NCBI GenBank assembly: GCA_051294905.1
Contig: CM119386.1
Span: forward strand, 806,001 to 870,000
Source of the DNA: Botryllus schlosseri
Taxonomy: Eukaryota
Reading direction: 5' to 3'
DNA length: 64,000 bases
This document shows positions 26,701 through 38,700 of the stretch, piece by piece. The translations under genes were made by a program, and so were the position numbers. The notes under the pieces are model-generated. The model saw only the letters and a program-made list of their open reading frames with translations. It made no database searches and was not told the DNA's origin. Each line of letters starts with the position of its first letter. Position 1 is the stretch's first letter.

Positions 26701-29700
26701 TTGAAGTGCAAGTAATGAGACGCATGAAAAATATTCAAGTTACTATGGTCTAAGCTCCATATTTTTTTAGCAACTCCGCGACTAATACAATATGAGTAAT
26801 AACATGACAAACCGGTACAATATTTGAAAATATATTCAGCAGTTACTGCCGTGGCTATTTCATGCGGTTCATATCATGACGGTTTCTATCATAAATCTGT
26901 TGCAAACTTGGATCAGAGCTACTTTCCAAAATCCTAAGTGTAAAATGAAGTATTATTTTCGTATAGTAGTGAAAGTTGTCTCAAACTTGAGTAAGCAGTG
27001 CAAGTAGATCAAACCTACTTGAGTACTTTGAAAAAGTTAGATCATCGGAAATGTTGAAAGTTTCATAGTCATAACCACTTGAATAATTAGTATAACCCTA
27101 CTAGCAGTTCTTACTGACCACCTCTTATAAAAAATATTTTTAAGCTGTTTGGTTCATATTACCGTACAATCCTTTTGCCTTTCCAATTTGAGAAGTTGAC
27201 GATGATACCAGAGGTACCAGTGTCTTCGGAGAGGCCCTGATGTCCAGTTGATAGTCCTGGCCGATCATGAGCAGGACGCCGTCGTTTTTACTTCGGAGTG
27301 AAGAGATTACGATGCTTCCAAAAGTTAAGTCTAAAGTATAAGTTGAATTCGGTTGCTATTAGGGCTAAACGCAATGATTCAAGCAGGATTGTAATTAACC
27401 TTGGTCATGGGAAATGACTTGACTCAAGGCAATTTGTGTATTGACTAAATTTGCACAAGTCACATGACTCGAGACTCGGACGGCCCAGACAGGCATTTTA
27501 TGATTCTGAAGAATAGTATGTTACCACACTATTGGTATTTCGTCTATCAGTACTGGTGTTTGTAAATTAGGACCAGAAACTTTTGAAAGTGGAAAATTTA
27601 CTATATTATCAATGCGGGGCATTCGATATCATCCGGAGCTGTAAAAAAATGAGTCGCACACAGGGTTTCAACTCAAAACTGAACATTCAACCAGCTGACT
27701 CGGACTGGAACGTTTGAACCCTGACTTGAACTCGGACTTGACTCGGTGAATTGAAAATGACTCAACTTAACCCGAGTCAAAACTATATAAGTAGCATTGA
27801 CGTCTGACTCGGGACCTTGTGACTTGGTTACAACCAAGGATTTGAGTACTGAAATCCCAGTAAAGTAAGCTATCAAGCAAATCAGTCAATTGGTAGTTAT
27901 GTACCAGAAATGAAACGGATTACCTCTTTGTGACAGCAACGTTGCGTTCTCAATTCGGCTTCCGTTAACCAAGATGGTCATGTTTCTGATATCGGCATCA
28001 CTCTGTCCGTACGCATGTTGTATCTCAACCGTGGTTGGGCTGCCTAAAACAGATCGAACAGAATGATCAAAACAACTCCATAACTACGCTAAACAACAAG
28101 GGTAGTTGGCGCAGTGGTTATATCCACTATCATGGCACTTGAGGTACCTGGTTCGATTCTTGGCAGGAGACCATTTTGAGGCATCAGAGGTTCACATTTA
28201 CATATATAGAGCAGCCGTTCAGAGTTTATATGCTAAGAAAACGATGTGTTATTGTGCTCGGTAATGATAGAAAAAAAACTAAAAGGATAGATTTTATTTT
28301 TAAAAATCAATCATGATTCATGATTTGCGACAAGCCCGAAGTAATAAGACCTAACCAGAATTCTGCCAAAATATTATATTTTTGTATTGATGTTGAAATT
28401 AGCCCGAATAGTTTCGGCTGACAATCATCAGGGGTTATTGTCAGCAACTGGTAGCTAATTGGAAAGAACATTGTATATCAACAATCGTATCATAATGAGT
28501 TTAAGCGACGTCATATTTGATGAAACGATTGTTGATATGCTTACAATTACCCCTGACGAGTGTCAGCCGAAAAAATATTCGGGATTTATTTCAATATGAA
28601 TATACTTTTCAACCTAATTTTTTCATCTGAATAAATATATCTATGAAATAAACAATTGCTATTATGTAAGAGAATATACATCGATAGCGATACGTATTTT
28701 TGTAGAGTGTCTACTGTCTATATACAATGTAAATACCAGCATATGTAATATGATAAAAGCACGAAACTCACTTGATCCAAAATCACGAATGGCCATTCCT
28801 CTCAGTACAGACCCTCGAATAAGATTATTATCGACATCCGTGGATTGAACGAGTCTTCCCTAAAATAAATGAATGCCAGTCACATGCATGACCGAAGAAG
28901 GTATAAAACCAGCACAAAAATCAGCAAGCATAAATGTATGGATAATGACAATACTTGGATCGATATGGAGTCGGTCTTTATCAGATGGTATTCTCCAACC
29001 GCCGAGAACGAGTAACTGTTGCCGTCCCATGTTTGGAAAGTAGGATCCCCAATTGTAGCTAAAAAAGTGAAAGGTTTTTTGTTACTGACATCATCTGTAT
29101 ATCAATAATTCTAAAAATCACGATCGTCACTACTTAGTATTTCAAAGTTTATGATTCATATCTCATGACTAGGGCGATTTTTTTGACCTACTAACGGAAG
29201 ATTTTGCTCTAAAAAATCAAAATTTTCGCACATAGTGTTAAAATTGTACTACTAATCTTCATTTTTGGTTGGAACTGTATGTCCTTACGCAATAATTTGG
29301 CCGGAAAACATGTTTTTGGCCTAAAAACTGACCAACTAGTATTTTAACGAAATCTGGTCCTATGAAGAATTCCAGTAGTTACATCACATATTATAGTAGA
29401 AATAATTTAAATTTGTTGTAGTACAACGAAAGATCTACATCACAATTATTCATCATGCACTTCTTCATGAAAGAACCATGCAATGCCCACGCAGCCTTGC
29501 TTCAGTTAGCATATTGCGGTGACCAATGACCATAACACTATGTAAACCTATTTGTTTCATTTGACCGTTCATGATTCACAGGGAGCAGACAATGGACCTT
29601 CTTCAAAGGTAGGCCTATAAACTAGGCTACAAGCTGTAAAATGTCAAATGAAAAGTTCAACGACAGTGCAAAATCTACAATACAAACAAAATGCAGAGGT

Positions 29701-32700
29701 CAAATTTTTTTTGAATGTTTAAACAATTTTGACCTAACACTACAATTTTGACAAAATTTGACATGTAAAAAAACCACCCTACTCATGACAGATGGTGAAA
29801 TCGACAAAAATGTAGTAATTGAAGGTTTGAAGCTATGCAGCGTATACATGATAATGAGAAAACAACATTACAATGTTGTAAAATAAACTTACAACAGACA
29901 ATAACCACTGTTACAGAGATGGTGGTGATAGTTCCTCTGAGTATTTGGGTGAATCCAAAGGAGAACCCCGATTGGTATCCGAGTGACGTTGTGGACGGTC
30001 TTTTCTCTTTGTACAAGTCACAAAGCTCTCGCGTTTGGCAACAGATATCGCGAACCTTGACATCCTCGTCTAGAAAGAGTAGAGATTGCGTTATCAGCAT
30101 AGTCTAGCACGGAAAGATGCCAAGGCTGTGATTGGCATAGTTTCCAGTTTAAATGCTGTGAACATGTTAGGAAATGAAGGTATTTGCAATTGAAGATACA
30201 GCACCATTCATTCCGTTTAAGCGGAGAAGGTCCAGATACTGGTAAGGAAATGTTAGGATCCTATCATTTCAAAAGCAAGGTGAAACCTACTCTGATGTTC
30301 ATTTCTATGCAAGAAAAAGAACAGCACAATGCCGATAAAATCAATTCAGGAACATTGGTCCGTGTCATAATTGAGTCGAAGGTAGCCAAAGTACCTTGCA
30401 TTGTTACTCAATTATATGTAGAAGGAAAATGTGATAGGAGTGGGCACATTGATTGATGTGCAAAGGGCCAAACAATGCAAAGATCAAGCATTGATACGAG
30501 ATAATATTTCAATTAGTAACGTGTCTCGATAGCCCCATTATCTATTCCTTAGCCGCTGAAAAGCATTGTGCGCAGATCATGATTAAAAATGAAATGAAAC
30601 TATCGATTTTTTATTAATAATGATATTGTTATATTTGTATTTCGTTAATACAACATTAATTGTTTTGTGTTAGCTATGCCCGTCGCCTATGTTAGAGAGA
30701 AAAGCGTTGTAATGATGTTAAGTTTGAAAAACGTGATTGCTAAACGACAGGCCAATTTCTCTCTATGGTACATTCTTGCGGCCGCCGGCCACTGACTTAT
30801 CACACACTTTCACAATACTATTTTCATACTATAACAAGTTTTGGTGTAGCAGCACATCACACAGACTACTGGATAAAGTATGGTGAAGAATAATATTAAA
30901 TTTAACTCCACTTACCAATGAAACTTTGCGCGGTCAATGCGCTCGAAAAGACATCGGTGTGGTATCTTACAAGCTGACCACCGGAAAGGAAATCGATGTT
31001 GTTGAAGCCGTTTTCAAGCAGAGTCTAAATGTAATTAGAAATTCCAATATGAACATAATGTCATCAAAATTAGAGTCAAACCGGTATCGGTATCGGTCGT
31101 TAGAGGTAAAAAATAATTGGCAATATTTTTGATGGCACAAAATGGTAGTAGGCATTAAGAGAACTATAATCTGGGACTCCTGGCTGAAAATATTGATGTA
31201 TTTCTAATTGCTTACAGAAGTCCAGATGCAGCCTTTCTAGTTTATTTCAGGCCCAAGCATAGCAATGGACAAAGGGGTGTTCAAAAATGACCTTTCTTCT
31301 CAAATTGTACTGGCTACTTGATAAAATTGTTAGGTTACCTAATCTAAGCCTACACACCAAATTTGGTTCAATTCCAGCGAGTAGCCGCATTGCTACCGGA
31401 GAAGAAAATTTCGATTAATTATATAAAAATAGATAAATAAAAAATTCAGAATTTTCTTATCACCCCATGAAAGTGTTAGGTTGTCTATAGAAACGATGTT
31501 CACCAAATTTGGTTCAATTTCACCCAGTGGAAGCAGAGTTATTGCCATCGAAAAATTTGGATTTGAATAAAACAGTATTTACCTATAATAAATAATTGGC
31601 TACCGTAAATACTATTTTATTGATAATCCAAATTTTTCGATGGCAATAACTCCGCTGCCGCTGGTTAGAATTGAACCAAACTTGGTGAAAATCGTTTCTA
31701 TAGACAGCCTAACACTTTGATGGGGTGAAATTTATACATTTATTTCTTTTTGAATAATAAATAGAAACTTTCTTCTCCTGTAGCAATGCGGCTACTGGCT
31801 GGAATTGAACCAAATTTGTTGTCTAGGCTTGAATTAGGTAACCTAACAATTTTATCAGGTAGCCAGTACAATTTCGGAAAAAAAGTCATTTTTGAACATC
31901 CCTAATGGACATAAAGCTAATTAGACGAATGTTCTGAAGCTTCAGAAATGCGCCTGAAGCTAGATGCAATATCTTTTTATATCGACCGCATAAATACGAT
32001 AAAGGCGCTTGGTATCAGATTAATCGAAATTTGCTCAAAAATTTCAGGTTAAGGCTGTAAATTAAACGTACATCGCAGCAAATAGTAACCATACGATAAC
32101 TTACTCCGTACGGGCCATAACAGCAAATAGCTCCAGACCCATCAGCAGCCGGATACGATTTTTGGAAGCAGTTTCCACCTGAGGTAGGAAAAATTTACGT
32201 CAGTTGGAAATTCAGATCCGACAAACCGTTCGATAATATACCGGCAAAATTCACAGCCGCTGACAGCTCCGTGAAATCAAACTCGAATATAAACCCGTAA
32301 ACGGCGCTCAAGGGGCGAGGATTGTAATCAAAATCAACGGTCAGCAGGTTATAGGTTGGCGGGCAGATCTGGAAAAAGACAAGAATTAAATTTACAAGAC
32401 AGACTAGACCACAGATTAAAGGAATGTCTCAGCGAAATGGTAATCACTAATCAGTAAGACGATTTTTTTTACCTAAAAAAGGGGTAGATTTTGAGCTTAA
32501 AAATCAATATTTTCACATTTTTTTACCTTAAAAATCTTAATTTTGACCAAATATGACCTAACGTATGCAAATTAGGTGTTTTCCCACATCATATTAGAAT
32601 TTTACTGCTCATCTTCATTTCTGGTTGGAAATGTCTGTCCTTATGAAGTAGTTTGGACTGAAAAAAAACTTATTTTGCTTCAAGAAACTGCCAAATTTTT

Positions 32701-35700
32701 ACATGAAAGAACTTTATTTTAACATTACGCATTATCGTAGAAATAATTTTAAAAAATTTGTAGTACAACAAAAGATACTTTCCCACATTCTCGGGTAAAA
32801 ATTGTCTGTCCTTACTAAGTAGCTTGCCAAGAACGGAGAAAGAACGTTCAATAGCAGCAGCTGTTTGCTGACAACACTCAAGTTGTGCGTACACTGCCGG
32901 TGACAAACCGTGTTGCTTCTTGACATAAGAACCATGTAATGCCCACGCAGTCTTTCTTCAGTTAGGATATTGCAGTACGTTGAGCATAACACCATGTCAA
33001 CCTATTTGTTTCGTTTGAATGTTTATGATTCACAATGAGCCGACAATGGGCCGTCTACAACGGTAGGCCTATAAACTAGGTTACAAGCTGTAAAATGTCA
33101 AATGATAAGTTCACCGACAGTGCAACCATCTACGATACAAACGAAATGCAGGTTGCAAAAAAGTTTTAACTTTGTAAAAAAATTTGACATTTTTTGACCT
33201 AATTTTGACTTTTTTGACATGTCAAAAAAATTCGCCCTACTAATCAGCGATATCACTGTTAGGTCATCGAGTCAGCTGGTGATGTTGTACAGTGGGGTTG
33301 TTTCAAAATATTTTTTTTTCAGATTCCGGAAATTGATTGATTAAATTGTTAGGTTGCCTGAAAAACGTTGTACACCAAATTTGGCCCGATTCCAACAGGT
33401 AGATGTAAACGCACAGTTTCAAATTTTAGAATTTATTATAGAATTTTTTTTTCAAATTATACGGTCAACCCCATGAAATTGCCGAGTTGTCTACAAAGAA
33501 GATGCAAAAACCAGATTTAACATATTTCCAAGTTGTTTGAGTTTTTCATTCATAATTCTTGGATTACCCACAGTCCAGGCTATCTTTGCGAATCCAAAAT
33601 TTTCAACTGCAGCAACTACGCTTCTACCGATTAGGATTGAGCAAAAATTGGTAAGCATCATTCTTTTAGACAACGTAACAATACGATGTGGTTGACGGTA
33701 AAATTTTTAATTTTTATTTTCAATAAATTCAAAATATTCAATCCTCGGAATTCGTTTAAAAGAACCTACAGCACCTGAATACAAAATATCTTAGTTGATA
33801 AGATAATATTCATTTGTAAGTAGCAAACAAATTCAGTAGGCCTGTATTATTAGGTGCGATTGTGCATTCATAACCAACCGGACTAGCTTCCAAAATGGGT
33901 TGTTGTTCGGCCCACTGTCTGCAGTAGAGATCCACGTTCATTCCCTGGCCTGTCAGGTTACCGAGCATATATCCGAATACTCCGAGCTTGCCTGAAAAAT
34001 TAACGACCATTACTGTAAAATCTTGAAATAACAACAGCTAAAATGGCCCAAACTGGGTCCAGTGATTTCAGAATGAGTTAGCATGTCAGCAACGAAATAT
34101 CCACAAGGGTTACTTGGAAATTTCGATAAACTTGTAAAATATAGTTCTAGTTCTAGTTGCAGATTTTGAAAAGTGAGTAGTAGTAGTTCTAGTTCCTAGT
34201 TTTGAAAATGAGTGGTTCTAGTTCTAGTTGCAGATTTTGGAAAGTGAACAGCTCTAGTTCTAGTTCTAGTTAGGCATTTTGAAAAGTGATTAGTTCGAAT
34301 TTTAGTTGCACATTTTGAAATGTCAGTAGTTGTAGTTGCGAGTTGAAAAAAGAGTAGTTCTAGTTCTATCTCTAGTTGCACATTTTGAAATGTGAGTAGT
34401 TCTAGTTGTAGTTGCGAGTTTTGAAAATCCAGCAGTCTGTGCAAGTCTGGCTAAACTTGCCTGCGTTGGTGAAGTTGTCAGGGCGCATTGGGTCATCAAT
34501 GGCAATGCTAGATTGCTTCTCGAATGTCGAAGTCCAGCCCATCAAGGGCTCGAAATTGGGCAAGCGAATTCCGTGTTGCGCCTGCATTCCTTCCAGTTCG
34601 AACAGGAAGAAAGCGTATGTCACAGAACCGTCGGTCGTGAGCACCAGTTGGAATGTGTCATCCTGAAAAACATATGAAGACATCACTATTTTTCGTCATT
34701 TTTGTTAGTTAACCTAAATTTTCAAGAACTACAAACTAATTACAGCAAAATGCTTGTAATCTAATTTTAATCTAATTTGTGAAGTATTTTGCTCCAATTC
34801 TATTTCTATTTCGAACCTAATTTGTGAGATGTATTTATGTTCCAATCTAATTTCTGGATTTCCTGAAAATGCCACAGGTGAACTGTACTGTGTGAAACGA
34901 GCCAATCATGCCGTGTACAGACATTTGCTGTTATTATGCTTATGAGAATGGTCTCTGATTTGACATAAACTGAGCTTCATTCAATGTTCAATTTGCGAAT
35001 TCTGTAATTCTAATTCTAAATTGGGAAAAAAATGAGTAGCTATAATTCTGATTGTTATATAACTTGGGAAAATATGTATTTATTTGTCTGATTCTAGTGT
35101 AATTTGGAAAAAAAAACTGTGTAGTAATAACTCTAATTCTAATCATATTTGGAAAAGCTGGAAATTTTCTGTGTAAGACGGACGGCCATGTCTACGCTTT
35201 GACGACTATGTTACATCTAGCCTCGCATCTTTACCATGCTCATCAGCATATCACATTTTACGGAATTGCATTTTTATGTATGTTATCCTTTGACAAATAA
35301 AGATTCTCTCTCCCTCTCTCTTTAATTTGATGCCCATCGTAATTGCGACTTCACAATACCTGTGACGTAGGTCTGGCTTGGAACGTTACTTTCGCCACCA
35401 TGTTCTCCCAAGTAATCGTGATAGCTTCGACGGCTGAGTAGTCTCCGTTGCCCATGTAAGTCGCGACCAACTGGTTGATTTCATCGATCCGCTTCCGCTG
35501 ATAGAAACCTTGAAATAAATCACATTAATATTGACGTTGGGTTAAGCGTAAACGAATTATATCTTTAATTAAAATTTATTAGGGAGGTTCGGTCATTGTG
35601 ATAAAAAAAAACACAAAAAAGAATATACAGTCCAAAATATTCGGGTTGATTTCAATATGAATATATTATTCACTTCAATATACGAGATTAGAAATGGAAT

Positions 35701-38700
35701 AGCTTTTTGTATATTTATGTTCTCATGCAGATATCGAGACTGATTGAAATTCTCAATTACATATTTGTGCTTGAATTGGATAGAAATCAAAACATGCTGC
35801 TCTCGAAGCACTGGAATATATGCAAAGATTGGATAAAGCAACTGTGCATCAGCAACAGTGTGAAAGGAACAAGTCCATTAAAACATGATTTTCACAAAAA
35901 TCGAAACGATGATAATTAATATTTACTGGAAATCAGTTTGACTTGTGCTGGGAGAGTCGTTTGTGTCTCTAGAGATCCAGCGAAACCATGAGACTCGCTC
36001 AGCAAACCTTGGGTTAAGAAATACTGGACTAGAAGTACATAAAATATTTACCTCCTGTGCTGAGAGCATACTGATAGTGAATCCTTGTTTGGTCGGCAGT
36101 GAGGGCGTAGTCAGCATAGAAAGGTGATATTACTGCATGATCCACGCCAGACGATGTTGACAGTTGGTAGAATTTACCGGAACGCAGGAAGCTGTACAGT
36201 CTAGGCTCGTAGACGTCTCCTCTTTCGAGCACGATCGCGCCGTTGAACAGTATGTAGAATCTGGTAACATCGATTTGCAAGTCATTGAAGTGTCTCGGAG
36301 GTACAGAGCTTCTACATCTAATTGCATCATATATTCATATCGAGATAATGCAAACTATTTTTGGGTGAAGCTCGCCAAGGGGTAATCGTCAGCGACTGGT
36401 AGAGATTGCATAAGTACATTGTACATCTGTTGATATGTTCTTTAATATACATTCTTTTAAACAGACTCAGCAACAGAACAGAAATATTCAATTGAATAGT
36501 ATATTGATATTGAAATAACCCAAATATTTTCTGCTGACATTCGTCAGGAGTTATCGTCAGCACCTAGTAGAGAATTCAAAAGAACTTTTGTATATCTGCT
36601 GAGGAGTGTCAGTCGAAAATATTAGTGTTTATTTCAATATGAATTATTATTCGATTGTACACTCTTGTCTTTGACAATTCTTGAGATAGGATGAGTTGAT
36701 TTTAAATAGGCAAAATCAGACAAAAATTGCACTATGATGTTCATTTGCCTTTCTTGGACCCTTTCAAACTAGTACGCGGACCACAGTTTAAGAAGCACTC
36801 GCCTATAAACTGCTTAAACCAGCCAACACATCTCATTAGTACCTTTACGTACCAAACTATCGCCTTACTACCGTAAGCACCGAATTTTGCAAGTTGACAA
36901 ACTGTATCGCTTCGAAGTATCAAAAGTCATTCACAAATATTTTTCCAATAGCTCGCTTCCTGTGTTTGATGACTTTTTCATGCCTGCTAAAAATGTCCAC
37001 TCCCACTACACGAGATCTTCGTCTAAAGGAAATATCTACTTACCCCCACCCAATAGCAACCTAACCAAGAGATCTATTGACTACTCCGTACCTATCATCT
37101 GGAATGCATTACCACCACATATCCGTGAATTGCCTTATAATAGATTCAAAAAAGCCCTGTTTGACCACCTCTTGTCGTTACACTAACACTGTTGCCCTAC
37201 CTCGCCCAGACATTGCTTCATTGATCATTTGCTACCATCGTTTAATTTTTTAATTTTATTTTATTAACTACCGTAACATTTTTTACAGCCAGACCGTTTA
37301 GAGTCAAGTGTACATGTTTGATGCTGGTGTGATCAGACTAGATGACCTTCACGGTCTTATCGATCATTCCTATCTAATACCGAATACTGTGCATGCATAT
37401 TTTCTGTACCACCACCACTGCCGTGTGTTATTTATTTTGGTTGGATGAAAATAAAGACTCTCTCTCTCTCTCTAAGAGACTCCTGCAGATACCAAACATT
37501 AATATACAACGCATCTCCAGCATACGTAACTAAGGAGTTTGAATAGGTAAGAAATTAAAGGGAAATGAGTTTAGGCACGATACCTGTCATACGATCTTCC
37601 TCCGAACACAAAATCTGTGTCAAACGTCACATAGTCTACTAGCTGCGATGGATTTGCAGAGTTGGAAGGAGTGTATTCATATCCGGGCGGAGAGTTGTAA
37701 TCAAGCAGGATGGTTTCTGTTCACACAAAATCAAACCCACGTATCAAACATTGATGCAAAATATTTAATACCAAATCTCCAGTATCATACCGATGCACGT
37801 ATTTCCATCATCTGACAGGTAGTAGCCTTGTTGACACGTACAAATGTACCCGGGTTCTCTGTTAACGCACAATGAACCTGACGCGGGACAAGCGTCAGCA
37901 TTTTGACACTCGTTGATGTCCTGTGAAGTAAATTGCATCACATAAGACACGGGTTCAACAATTTTTTTACATCAAAAATTAGTCGCCTTCCACAGTGGAG
38001 AATAGTATCGTAAATATAACTCTCGTTGATAAATTAACTCTGGCAAAGGAGCGTATAATTTCAGAACTCGAAAAAATCATATCTTACTACTCGACTCGAA
38101 TCATTTCAATCAGTACTTGATTCAGATTCGAGTACATAAATCATTGCGCCAACCCGACTCTAGATAAAAAAGTAACTTATTGCTGTAATAGCATATTTAG
38201 TCAATTTTATTTTTGTTATAGTGGCGTAGACTTAGCGATATATGTATTTTCAAATTCTTTCATGGTCTCTTAGGGAGCAATGGCTCGGAGGTTCGAAACC
38301 CCTGTTATAAATCATTACGTATCTCGTGATGTCATCATGTGGATCATACCGTGCAGTTTTGAGAGCCGCTGTATCCATCATAGCATTCACAGTAGTATCC
38401 ATTTTGTGCGTCATTGACGCAGTATCCATTTTCACACTCTGCGGTGGAGCAATCTTTTTCTGTACAATATCAAACAATATAGATAGACTTGACCCAATGT
38501 GACCATGCCGGTGCTGTCCCAGCAAACTCAACATCACGATATTAAAATAGACAGGAAGGAGTTAATCTCCAAAATAATAGAAATGATATATACGGTCATA
38601 TGTACGGCTATGTTCAATAATATGTATAACGATTAATTTGAATTTCATATGTAGGCCTACATTGCATAGATATATCCGAAACATGCGTATTGCATATGTA

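Noticed and set aside
32179-32198. 20-nt intron using the donor at 32198
   Set aside because: It is too short and in the wrong phase. The donor at 32241 gives a 63-nt intron in phase.
33770-33774. 5-nt micro-exon candidate (CAG/GTGCT/GTAGG)
   Set aside because: It is not needed: the donor at 33879 joins 32368 in frame and gives the expected AMOP start.
38221-38300. A-box/B-box-like pair (TGGCGTAGAC, GGTTCGAAACC)
   Set aside because: The spacing is long and there is no cloverleaf, so it cannot be distinguished from chance.
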